Positions 49,133 through 62,900 of a stretch of 64,000 nucleotides of DNA are shown here, one piece after another. Numbering within the stretch: position 1 is the stretch's first letter; every line of letters starts with the position of its first letter. The stretch is from Oopsacas minuta. Lineage: Eukaryota; Animalia; Porifera. The stretch covers positions 1 through 64,000 of the forward strand of contig JAKMXF010000353.1 in assembly GCA_024704765.1 (NCBI GenBank). Direction: 5' to 3'. The translations under genes were made by a program, and so were the position numbers. Under the pieces are notes generated by a model, which was given only the letters and a program-made list of their open reading frames with translations, had not been told where the DNA came from and ran no database searches.

Positions 49133-49657
49133 TATATTTCTAATTTCATATATACCAAGAGGTGTTAGAAGTAAATCGGGACGGAGAGAGTCTATTTCAG
49201 AGGACATACGGGTATTGGAGGGATGTAGCATATCCCACCTACCAGAGAGGAGTACAATTGCCCCATTAGGCACGTTTTGGCGTGGAACATGATCTCATAC
49301 TTACCAACCGTCCTGCTATCCTTGGATTATCTCTGGGGATCTCATTTCTTATCAAGGAGAAAATTTTGTAGAAATTATTTTCATATTTTCGGGCCCAATT
49401 GGACGAATATGGTACTCAAAGTATATCAGAAATACCGGTACATCCCGCCAAAAGTGCGACAGTTGGCTAATATGATTATCACACATGGAAGTAGTTTCGT
49501 GATCACCGCAGTTTGTAATTTAGACTTTTCTTCGCTCCGCTCACTTCTTTATATTTGTGACCATGAATAGGGTTTCAAAAAGTTTGGGAAATTCAAGATG
49601 TTTGACACCCTGAGGCATCGAAATCTGACCCAAGATTTTGGCGGGGGAATTCCCACT

Positions 49658-49731
49658 TTATCGATAACGTGTTGAGCGACATGTCCCACATAAAAGCCAT
49701 GTGGGACATGTCACTCAACACGCTCCGATAA
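49658..49731. other. Near-perfect inverted repeat (hairpin) of about 74 nt
   Basis: Arms ttatcgataacgtgttgagcgacatgtcccacat and atgtgggacatgtcactcaacacgctccgataa, with a 7-nt loop (aaaagcc). Confidence 0.9.
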
Positions 49732-50466
49732 AGTTTCATGAGTAACCCGTGAGAGTTCACATCTCTGCTCCCAGCAACCCCAAAGCAATTCCAGTCCTAG
49801 TTCGCAAAATTGGGAGCAGACAACAACTTGTAGCACGTATGCCAATTCTCACCGACTCTCGCTGGTCAAACCGAAATTCTCACGGGTTTTTTTGTCGCTC
49901 CCTAACTGCATATTTTGATGCAGAGATGCTAAACCGCCAGGTTGGTAACTATGTACTATCATATTACCCAAAAGTGTTTCTATAACAGAACAGAATTAAA
50001 ATATACACATTATAGTTCCAGGAATACTTCTTATCTATTTGAAACTGAAACTAACTACTACTATCACTAATGCAAGATTTCTAAAAATAGAATTGATATC
50101 CTTATACTTACACACTTATAAATAATTCTGATCGATTGTCGACAATTCTTGCTCCACCTCCCCTCTCAAATGGACATAAATGAGACCCTCTGTGGCACAG
50201 GGGTGCGGCCATGGTCGGGGTATATGGGGCTGAAACTTCACCTCCAGAGGGACCAGACGGTGTTCAGAGGTAGAAAGGACATGAATTCCGATTGAAATAT
50301 TTTCAAACACCACTATCATTGAAATTACCTCCTTGGTTGTTTACCGTGACCACCACCAACAGTCCCAGATTTGGAACCACTGTCATTGGGCAACGGACAT
50401 GCCACAAAAATATGCATTTTTCCCCATTTTAATCCACAATATTGTTATTATTGACTTTAGCTACAC

Positions 50467-50751
50467 ATGGCAGATAAATACACCGTGGAGGATCTGGAGA
50501 GATTGAGGATACCTCTATTCAATAGAGATAGTTGTGTTCACTATTTTATACCCTTCATAGAGTGTAGACGACAGACATACTTTATGCCATGGCACTGTAA
50601 GGAGGAGATGGAAGCTTGGAATCACTGTCAACTTGAGGATCACTACGATCGTGTCCGCCAGAAAAGGCGACAAGATAAAGAGAGGAAGAAGGCACTGAGG
50701 GAAGCGAATTTGATGGCAGAGAGTATCAAAGATAAGAACTCAAATTCGTAA
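50467..50751 (+). CDS. NDUFB7: NADH:ubiquinone oxidoreductase subunit B7 (B18)
   Basis: Twin CX9C pattern RDSCVHYFIPFIEC...FMPWHCKEEMEAWNHC, followed by a basic helix. Confidence 0.85.
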   Translation: MADKYTVEDLERLRIPLFNRDSCVHYFIPFIECRRQTYFMPWHCKEEMEAWNHCQLEDHYDRVRQKRRQDKERKKALREANLMAESIKDKNSNS

Positions 50752-50996
50752 CTTTATGAGTTATTATTATATACACGAACCATGGATATTTTAGTGGGGA
50801 ATACCAATAGGATAAGTCATGCGTGGTTTTCAATTCTTCAATATCACCATTGTGATATATTTTAAGCGCGTAATAGCACAGAGATTTAGGCGGGTTTCAC
50901 TAGAAAGTGCGCCAAAGTAATGATTTACAGAATTTCAATATACACTTATGTATTTTCATACTTTTCGTATAGAAGTTGAAATATTTTAGCGCCCAA

Positions 50997-53900
50997 ATGG
51001 GTCTAAGAGAATCCAAGCCAACCTTAGCATATGATGATGCATCAAGGAGAAGTGAGTTATATGTATATATTCAGACCTACACTTTATACACATATTCCCC
51101 ACACATTTAGTCTCATTAGATGATTACGAACGTATCAAAACTACTTTCAAAAGATACGCTGGCCACAAAGAAACAATTTCACAGCTGACTTTTATCAGAG
51201 ATATTTTAGCCGAGGTTCCTCCAAGTTTTTCTGAGGTACATATCTCCAAATGACCCATGGTGCTATATATGCATCCAAAATGTACCCACAGTCCATATCC
51301 ATCGGGACACATAACATTCTCACAAATAAACTAATACCAATGCCTATAATCACAAATGAATACCAAAAGCACGTAATCCTATTGGTCCAATACATACCAA
51401 TGAATACCAAAAGCATGTAATCCTATTGGCCCAATACATACCAATGAATACCAAAAGCATGTAATCCTATTGGTCCAATACATACCATTGGTGATTGTTT
51501 ACTTATTTGTTTGTATTTACTTAGGAGCTATATTTAGCATTTGGAGGTCACCCTACCAAGGGGATATCATTCAGAGATTTATTCTGTGGGTTAGTATTAC
51601 TTAGCAATGGATCAATAGAGGAAAAAATTAAATGTAAGTTAGTCATATTTTCACACCTTTCACCTCTCCCTAGAGAGTGTTAAGTACAGTAGAATTTGGT
51701 TAATAGGGTCACATCGGGATAGTCCCATTTTGATTCGATTAAGCGAAGTCTACTATGGTGTATAGATAATTTGAAAGGTGTGAATTTTATCATATTTTGT
51801 CAATAGTCATATTCGCGATCATCTCAGTAAATCACGGACCGATATCTGTTGAAGATATAACGAGATTGTGGAATATTTCTGTGACTTCTCCACTACCTGA
51901 TAGCTTTAAAGTGGATTTTGTGAGTTGAAACAAACAAGCGAACAAACAAACAAACAAACAAACATTAAACGTATAATCGAATATGATAACAAACGAATAA
52001 ACAAGGGGTCGATCAACCCCTTTGTGATCCACAGATGACAACAGGAGCATCTACAGATCTTTTGCAGTGTTTGGGAGGGGTGTGAACCCCTGTAATATAC
52101 GAATAAATATATCATTTAGAATCACCCTATGAATATAACAACATTCACCACGTGGATAAAAGACAACAAGTCGATATCAGAATTCGCTATATGGCTACTA
52201 ACAGACAAACCTATTAGAATTTCTGATGACATGAATGTACCGACATTCCACGAGACTTTAGCTGATTATTGCAAACGTGAGTTGTCTTATTATATTAATG
52301 GACTATGGATATTTATCCAGTGGAAGGAGAGTTGTTCCATGCGTATAGCATATGGTTTCGTTGTAGTGAAGTACTCTACTCTCGGAAAAGTGTCCTAGTG
52401 GTCAGGTGGTATTTGTTGTTTTTATCAATAATTATTTGTTCGAATTTATTGAGGAACTGGTAAGAGATAGAGGCATGTACTTTAGCATATGTGTAGGATA
52501 TGATATATCTAGCAACACCTTCTGATTTCTAAGCGATATCTCTAGAACTCTCTGAGCTAGGTGACAGAATGTGTCGACCTATGAGATTGAGGGTTTCTCC
52601 ATGCTGATATTCTATTGGCTAGATTCAATACACGTAGCAGTATATACACATATTCACACCTATCTGAGGCTCTAAATATTCATATATTATTTTTTTAGTT
52701 AGCAAAAAAGATATTTGGGATTTTGAGAGAAGATTCTATATTCTAAAAAGCAAATCAGAAAATTCAAAATTTGACCTCAAATATTTCAAACAGATTACAT
52801 CACCACCTCTTCCAGCCAAGATCTCCACAGGTAACACTTTATATACATATTTTCACACCTTTTGATATTTATATCATATTGATTACAGAACTGTTTAACT
52901 GGCTTGATCAGAATCAAGATGGATATCTTGACATTGTAGAAATGGCGAAAGGTGTTGCTTACCTCTGTAGATTTGAGAACAACAAACGAGTCGAAAGTTA
53001 GTTATTATTATTATTTCTTGTCCCATCCCCGCTATCATATGATTAATCATATTTTCACACTACTTAATGCAGTCACATACCGTGATTAACATATTTACAT
53101 ATACACATCCATATTTAGCAATGTTCCACCTATTTGATGAAGATAAAGACGGAATACTGAATCGAGGAGAACTTAAGGATGCTCTAGAACTACTTTATGA
53201 AATACAGCTACAAAACCAATTGGAAAGTATACCCGCACAGGTTGTTGTTGCTTATTTACAATATGTATACAAGTAGCAAGACGTGTTTTGTAGGAATTCC
53301 CCATTTACTTGCTATTAGAAGAAATACAGTAGACACCGGTAAATCGGGTCAAATTGGCCTGGTCCCTATGTGACCCTAATAACAGAGTCTACCGTAATCC
53401 CAATATAAATGGCGAACACACGTATTTATTGTTGTTTGTATTTACTTATTATCACAATAGGCTGACATAGACCTTGATCAAATACTCACAGAGATTTTAG
53501 AATCATATAAGGATCAGGACTCAGATGAACCAAAGAATTTCGTTAGTTGAACACAGTAAACTCCTGTTTTATCTAACACGGGTTATTGAAGTAATTATGG
53601 CGGCCTCTTGAGCTTCGATATAACAGGAGTTGGCTGGAAATAGGTTTAAATAGTTTCTCCTTCCCAGACCGACACATTTTCTGATACCAGTATCTAGACA
53701 GCTGGGTTTGTTATAGTCCCATTTTCTAACACCTACCAATTCTTTAGTTCCAATTGGAACTAAGAAATGGGATTAACCCTCCTATGTGGTCTATACCCAG
53801 CTGACCACTTCTGCTAGTATTTGTTTTTCCATTCAGAATGTAGTCGATTTCCAAAGTGTCGAAGTGTCCTTCAACTTACCACGTTTGCCATTTTGTGTCG

Positions 53901-56900
53901 TAAATAATTCAACTTCAGTCAGGCCCAGGTGTGAATTGTGTCCCCAGTTAGATAACACTTCCAGTTTTACGGCGACACCTCCGATTATCAGGTCAAAATC
54001 TGAAGCGACTTGAATTATAATGTTACTATTTTTAGCTTACTCAAACAGAGTTCATTAACTGGGGTTCTAGGGATGGTTGTGTTTTAGAGGAACTATTGAA
54101 AGTTATTTTCCAGATTTGTCACGTCATATTTGGCCTGAGGCCTCAATCAAGGATAGATGAGAGAGACGTTATCAAGTGAGTTGTGTATGTGTACTCCAGG
54201 AGTTCGTTCAGCAGGACACAAACTGTCGACCATGATACTCATATTAGTATTCGGTTAATACCCCAGGTGTCATTGGCACAGATTGATGTTACTATATGCT
54301 CCCATAGGGGTTACATGATCCGTGAGATGAGAGAAAAGATTCTAGAAGGAAACGTGAAATACATAATCTCAAAATACTGGTACACAAATTGGCAAAAATT
54401 TGTAGAATATGATCCGAAGACAACAAAAGTTCCATACTCAAACAAACACTCAAAACACTCACACAAACACAGAGCTAAGAGAAGTAAACAAACAGACAAG
54501 TCCTATAATTTGGAAGATTATGAGCCTTATGAAGTACCGGCTGATAATGACCAGAGGAAATTAAGAGGACCAGGACCAATTGATAATAAGGGACTCTGTC
54601 AATTTGATGCAAGGAATAAGGTAATTCAGACAGGTGTGAAAATATGTAAATACATATGTAACTAGTACATCCAAATTAAGCAATCATGGTAGGGAGACAT
54701 CCGTCCGTATGCCCGCTGTCCTGTGAAATCTACTGATCCTATTGACATGAAGAGTGGAACATGGGTACATTAAGGGGTGTAGATGTGTACCGCGGGTTTT
54801 CACACCTTTTTGTGTCTTAAGTTAGAAGAATCAGATTACGTCCTTTTGACTGTTTTCAATTTTACATTCTAATATCAAATATTGATATTTAATCATATTC
54901 TGACACCTTACTTATATAGGCATGTTCCGTGATAACAGGAGAAGGTGGCATTTTAAGACCTGGACTAGATGAGGACTATCATTTCGTCACATTACCAGAA
55001 CCTGTTTGGAAAGCATTAGCTGCTTGGTATGATGGTACTTATCCTCTACCCAGACTGGTATGTGTAATAATTCACACCTTTTTAGAACTGTACAGCTGTT
55101 TGTAAATACAGTCAGCGACCAAAATCTTGTTCATATAAATACAATCAACTCCGGTTATAACGAAGCTCATGGGTCCGTGATAATTGCTTCGATATAACCG
55201 ATAAAACGAATGTTACTCTGCTTGAATATATTCTTTTGGGTACACATTTTATACCCGAGGGGTCTCTTGGACACCCTCTTAGACACCCTATCTATATAGG
55301 CATACAGAAACCTTGACACGGGTAGGATTGAATTGGAATTATACCCGATTAACCTGTCCTTCTACAAACACACTTCATTCCCCAGTAAGCATAACGTATC
55401 CAAACAAGGAGAGACAGGCGGGATAACTGTACAGAGTATTATGCAGTATGTTATGAATCTAGCTGGGAGTACAGGAGCAGTCGGACAGCCCCAGAATCTT
55501 AACCCCCCGGGGGTGTTAAATCCTATTTATAGACAGCATTCTTATTATGCTGCTTTTAGTAGGTAAGTTGTTTGTTTGTTTGTTTGTTTGTTTGTTTGTC
55601 TGTTTGTTTGTTTGATTGTTTGATTGCTTATTTATCTGTCTATCATTTTGATAAATTTGTTTATTTCATTGCTGTAATACTCATTAATTTGTTTGTATTG
55701 TTATTTACTAGATATGCTACTATTAAACTGATACAAGAATTCATTGTTGGTATTTTTAAACTCAAACAAGATGAAGTCAGATTATGGGACCTATCAGATG
55801 AGGAGACCCCTGTCCTACTGGAGGAGGAGGACAAGAACCTTGAGGAACTGAACTATAGGGACAAGCATAAAATATTAATTGAGATTAGGAATAAAGACAA
55901 TTCTTGGCCGGAAGAGGTGAGGAATATGTTTAATAAATATAGTGCAATATGTGCGTCAACAAAATAGACAAACAAATAAATAAACAAACAAACAAACAAC
56001 AAACAAACAAGTAAACAAACAAACAAACAAACAAATATTTATCATACATTCAGGTAATCCAAGTAATGAAAAAAGTACAGCGTCAGGAAAGTGAGAAAGG
56101 GAACGTCCCTCAGGCCGTTGGGAGCGGGAAGGTACTCAAGGGGTGTACAGGACTAAATAACCTTGGTAACACCTGTTATATGAATTCTGCATTCCAATGT
56201 CTCTCAAACACGCATATATTCACACAATATTTCCTGGTGGGTCGACATCTCAAAGAACTGAATAAGACGAACCCTCTGGGTACAAAAGGGGTCCTGGCTA
56301 GGAGGTATGGGGAACTGGTACATGACCTGTGGTCTGGTAACAACAGAGCTGTAGCTCCCCTCAAGTTCAAATGGACACTCGGAAGGTATATGTATATTTT
56401 CACACCTTTTGGAGGTTAAAATTAGACCAATCGTTTTGCAGGCTTTGACATTATACAATGCTGTGAAATTCCATTGACAGTGTAATGCAATTATATTGAA
56501 TGTAACCTGCAATTCTATTGGTTGTAGAAGTGTGTGATGTATGATTAATCATATTTTCACACCTTTTGGCGAATTATCTAAATGATGCTAAAGATTTTGT
56601 TTCAACGGTTAGTCTGGGGTATTCGTGTGCGTAGAATTCGATTCTGACATTTACAAATATCAAAAATGAATATTTATCATATATTTAATCATATTAACAC
56701 CGAGCTGCACTACCAATCTGTCAGAAAAGTTCTTCAACTCACCAAATCCGTTTCTACGCCACGTTTAACACCTTTCTAACAGTGGTGGTCCCATGAGGGT
56801 GTGGCAAACGAGGCATTTGCCTCGGGTTGAAATCCTGGGACTATCTTATAGATATGAGCCACAATTCAACAACTTCAATCAGCAAGATGCACAAGAACTT

Positions 56901-59900
56901 CTCTCAGTTTTACTTGACAGATTACACGAGGATCTGAACCTAGTCATTACTAAACCTTACAAGGAACTTCCTGATTCAGACGGAAGACCTGATTGTGAGG
57001 TTTCACAGGAACATTGGGATTATCACCTCAAGAGGAATAGGTATGTACATTCCATTTATACAGGTTGGTAACTAAGGCAAGACCATTTTTAAATAGATGA
57101 TATTTGTTATGTTTAACCAAATTCATAAACAATAACAAACAAACAAACAAACTAGTAATATATTTGTAGAGGGTAGTTCTCATTCTGTGACACACTAACT
57201 AATCTCCCGTTTGGAGTTATAGCTATTCCTTGGGGGACATATAACATTCCTTGTTGGTGTCCCTCTGTTCCTATCGTGTGTAGGAGATTGCCTTCCGGAG
57301 AGAATACACGAATTGAGTGAGATCTGTAATCGCTAATAACAAAGTTGTTAAGTGGATCTAGACAGAAGAAGACAGCGCATAACACATCCATTCCTTGTCC
57401 TTTGGTAATGAGGGAGTGTAGCTTGTCTCCCTCTAGGGTTAGCACGTGCATACACGGGTTGTTATATAGACACAGTACGTACACGCGGTCACGTGACACT
57501 TTAACATCAACTGGTCCTGACATTGACTGATGAGTAATGTTACGGAGATGGTTCAGGTCTGTGTCGTGTATACTGATTCTGTTGTTATCGGTATCTGCTA
57601 TAAACACGTGACCAATGGGATCTGTTGTTAGTTGAAAAGGTTGGTTGAATTGTCCGTTGTTTGATCCCTTACCTCCTATCTTCCTAACAATACTCATGTC
57701 AGTTAGTGTCAATTGGTTAATAGTGTGATCTCCCCAGCAGCTGACATACACATTCTCTCTGTGTATAGTTATACCGTATGGCGTATACAGCTGTCCTACA
57801 CCCAGCTGATTGAGGTACTCTCCTGTATCAGAGAATATCTCTACTCTGTTATTGCCATAATTAGCTACGAATATTTGGTGTGTATCTTCATGTATAGCTA
57901 CACCGCATGGACCATTCAACTCGCCAGGATCTGTACCTCTCATCCCAGTAGCAACAGTGGAAGTTTGGAATTTAGCATAATCTGGTACTCCTACTGGTAC
58001 CTGTACGATCTCTCCTAGATGGGAAATGCTCGTTTCTAGGTCACGTGTGTCACACTTCCACTTTAATTGTGTCTCTACGGGGATATTATTTTGTAGGTCT
58101 TGTAATTTGTCCTCCATTTCTTGGATAATTCTCTCCTGCATCGACTGGAGGGGATTTTCTCTTAGGTCTTCTTGGACGTGTACCTGGGCCTCTGTCAGTT
58201 GGTCGATCATTTGTTTTCTAGCGATCTCTGAGGCTCTCTTCTCCTCACGTATGTTACGGACTTTCTCCAGCAACTGAACTCTGCGTACATTCAGTAGCCC
58301 TATGAGACCATCTATTGTGTAGTTGATGTGTGTCTCTATGGGGTCGACAACTTGAGGGGCAACTGGATATCTTTCTGCCAATTGATTGGTTATTAGAAGA
58401 ATATTTGAATAGTTGATATAGGAATTGGTTGCTAGGGATAATCTTGTGTATTTATAGTTGTGTATGAATTGATTTTTGTAACAACAAAACAAACAACAAT
58501 AATAAGATGATGTGAGTATATTATTTACAGAATAAACACGAGGTTATGCAGGTGTATGTTATTGTGTCTCGTTGCTAGGATACTGTAAGGAATGTGGTTG
58601 AAAGTTCTTTCTCAGTAAACTTATTTTGTATAATTTACAAGTTTGATTAACAAAATATTAAATTTCCTATTTTAACTGTCAATAATAATTCTTATAATTC
58701 TATTGTTAAATATTTTGTTGTTTTTAATATTTTCTTGTTTACATTGTTGTCTTATTTACTCGAATATTAAGTCCTGGCGCTGGAGATGCATACTTAACAA
58801 ATATTGGATATTTCTGTATCTTTTCTCATAAAAACGGGAATAATTCATAGCTTTTGAATAGAAATTAGAAATTCAGTAATCTCTAGAAATGTAAGCATGG
58901 AAATGATAATTAACGTGAGTACTATTAGAGTAAAAATCAGTGTTTTTTGATCGAATGGATTGAGGAACTGATAAGAGCTACTAACTTGAAACTTGGCATG
59001 TGTGTAGACAAGGTTTTATTTGACTACAGTTTCAAATTTCAAGGAGAAATCTCAAAAATTCTCTGAAAGGGGTGACGAAATGCCTCAACCTATCAGATTT
59101 GAGGGTTTACCAATGCTGATATTCTATTGGATAATTATTATTGAATATACGTAGGGTATATACATATTTTTCACACCTATCTGAGACTGTAAATGATTGG
59201 TTAATGTTAGCCACGGACCCATCGGTAACAAGAGGTCTCCTAAGTGTACCTTCCGTGGACACAATCCACCCGCAAAATCCGAAATAGCTTTATTAATAAT
59301 TTTCTATTTTCAGGTCTATTGTTGTACAGTTATTTCAAGGACAACTCAAGTCCATAGTCCGTTGTAAGACTTGTGGTTATACAAGTGTCAAATTCGATCC
59401 ATTCACATTCCTGACTCTTCCCCTACCAGCTGATGCAGACACTAACATAGATATCATCTTAATCCGATTAGGAGGAGTCATTCCAGAGAGATACTCCCTG
59501 AAAATAGATATAGAAGCCCGTTACGATGAAATAAAACTTCAACTCGAGAAAGAATCTGGAATAAAGAAAGATGAGGTTATATTCACTGATGTGTATGCAG
59601 GGATTGTAAGGAGTATAGTCCCAGAAAATCAGAAAATCAAAACTGTATTAACTGGTCAGTTTATACATAGAAATAATACAGTAGACTCTGCTTAAAAGGA
59701 TCACATCGGGATCATCTACCCGATTAAGCAGAAGTAAGGTGTTGATCTAATTAACCGGTGGCTCTATCCAGCGGAGTCTGTTGGAATGGAACTGTTGTTT
59801 ATTACAAACTCCTGTTAAGCGGACAAGTTTTTTTGGCTGTCCGTTGGTGTTTGTATTAACGAGGTAACACTATGTATTTGTAGGTCAGCTATACGCGTTT

Positions 59901-62900
59901 CAGATACCACCTTGTCAAGTTGTAGAACCTACTCCAAAAGAGAATAGTCCTGATACTATTTTTAGAAGAAGAAAACTATCACAGCTCAGCAAGCCTACTG
60001 ATAAACCTCCTACAGAGAATAATATAACTGCTACTCCGGTTATAAACGGTATATTCATATTTTCACACCTAATTTCATTGATTATTCAATCAACATATGA
60101 TTAATCATATTGTAACACCTTTAGGTGACACAATACAGAAGCAGGACGATCGAATTTCAACACCGTTAGAAGATGAAATAGTCTCTCAAAGTGAAAGATT
60201 TATATTCGCATTCCATAGAAAATGTGTTAGTTGCTATGAAATATTTATATATTACTGGACTATGGATAAGAAAATTGGAATTTCCGTCTTCCCTATATGC
60301 TTATTAGATTTATAACCATGGATGGTGGATTCGTTTTATTTTTGTAAATGTTTAAGCCTATATCCATAATAATTCTATTTATAGATACCCACTGACACAT
60401 ACTTCGTTACGTCACAGAAAAACAGACCTCAGATATTCGCTCAACCTATCTGCATTCCATTTAACCCTAGCCATAACAACCGTACTCTCTATGAGTATGT
60501 TATGAAGAGTATTAAGAGATTACTATCTGATGTTGCTCCAGCTAACCAAGAGAGGTAATCCATGGTCCATTCTTTATATATTTTTCATTCAGTCAACTCC
60601 GGTTATATCTAACACAGATATATTGAAGTGTGAATTGTACAAATAAAGTTACATATATTCCATCGGTTAAAACAAAGTAATTATCACCTTCTCTTGAGCT
60701 TAGATATGACAGGTGTTGACTGTAGTAAAGTGTTTGTTTATTTGTTTAATTGAAGAACTGTTAAGAGCTACAATTGGCACCTTTAGGAACCAAAAATGTG
60801 TGATCTTTTATCATATGACACTTTAATAAGTTCAAGTAAATTTGTTTGTTTAATCTTGCATTAAACAAACAAATTACAGGTAGACTCCACTTCATGCTCA
60901 GGCCATTTTGACCCGATTAATCATATGTAGATGTAGAATCTATATACTCGATTACCCCTGTTTCTGACCAAGTGACCCGATTAACCGGTCTATTTCTATT
61001 TTTAGCTCAGAGGGTGAAGGTGCTACCAATCAAGAACAGACCAATGAGTATCCGTTTAAGCTCAAAATGGTTAGTAAAGATGGAGTCACATGCGCTCAGT
61101 GTCCATGGTACATATTTTGTAGAGGTTGTCCTATTCTATGCGATGAGAATCAAATACAAACAAATGTAACTTTCATTGGGATAGACTGGGAACCAGATGT
61201 ACTACATCTCAGATACCAATACTCTGAAGAAAAGGTGTGAATTTTATCATATCATTAATTAGTGACCTCTTCCAGTCTGGTTCTTTCCTGCTCTATATGC
61301 TTATTAGATATTTAACCATGGATGCTGGATTTAGTACAGACCGTCCGTTCCGTTGGTGTTCGTTTAACGAAGTTACATTGATTTTTATCATGTACAAGCC
61401 CTACAACCAAGCGAGGAGTCCTCAAATTATTTAGAACAACATCCGAGCAGATAAACTAAACCCCACCCATGGTTAGATATCTAATAAGCATATAGAGTCA
61501 AACCGTTTCGTCATATTTGACCCCAGGGCGTGTTCAGAGGTCAAATCCCCTACGGTACACGTATAAATCCATACTTCACACCTAGCGCGGAGATTAACCC
61601 AGACATGAGAGAGGTGACAACATATAAATAATGAAATAGGCACATTTATAATCCATACTTAACACATTTAAATACACACATATCCTGACTGGTAATATCT
61701 TATTGAGTCAAATACATACCAAAGTATCTCCCTAGCAACAACCAGTAGACTTCTCAATACCAACTTTCTTTCCAGGATCGATGAAGTTTTCCTTTTTTGG
61801 CGCGCTGGGCTGTGTTTCGACGCTTAAGTGGCTCTTGATTTCAGAAGCCATCATCACGAATGCTTGTTCCACATTTGTGGCACCTTTGGCACTCGTTTCT
61901 AGAAATGCCACTTTCAAACTTTCAGCATACTCCTTAGAGGTTGTATAGTCGACAACTTTTTGGTTCACTAAATCACTTTTATTACCAACTAACAGCCTCT
62001 GCACCTGATTACTAGCATATTTATTAATCTCCAGTAACCAATGCTTCACGTTATCAAACGATTCCCTATCTGTGACGTCATATACCACGATGATACCGTG
62101 AGCACCTCTGTAGTACGATGAAGTTATCGTCCTGAATCGTTCCTGTCCAGCTGTGTCCCAAATTTGTAGTTTCACGGTCTTATTGTCGAGTGTCAGTGTT
62201 TTTATTTTGAAGTCGACACCGATAGTTGAGATATACGAGTCAGAGAAGGTGTCGTCTGCAAAACGTAGCAGTAAACTGCTTTTCCCAACGCCGGAGTCAC
62301 CGATGAGAAGAACTTTGAAAAGATAGTCGTATTCGCCGCTCATAGTTATTAGCTAGATAAATAAATTAATAGAATCAACACCCGCTTATATCAAACACGG
62401 ATATATCGAAGTTATTATCATGATCCCTTCTGCGTTTTCGCCGGATAACGACTTCTGCCCTGGGCAACTGCCCCCTATACTTACCTGACACATTAAAGTG
62501 GCAGACAAAAGTGTATTTATGCACAGACAGTGGGGTTGCCATTTATGGAAGAGCATGTGTAATCAAACTCGAATTAATAGGGATAAATATTTCTGGAAAT
62601 TCCTAATACATGCCAACTGTCAGTAGTAGTCTCATCCCAGACGCCCCCTGGTACCCCAAACAGGCCTCTATATTAGCACTCGTCCCGCAGAAGTACATAA
62701 TAAATACAGCATTCCATAGCGATATTCTGGTTACTATGTATACTCCATTAATCTCGAGTGCATATATATATATATAGCGATACGTTACAAAAATGACGTA
62801 ATATATTATACCATATTGAAACTATTATTTACAAGAGAATCTGTATACTATAAATAGAATTGGAACTATGATTAGTTCCGTATACAGAGATTTGTGTATA

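Noticed and set aside
51356-51487. CRISPR-like array
   Set aside because: The units are head-to-tail with no spacers, there are no cas genes, and the context is a eukaryotic intron.
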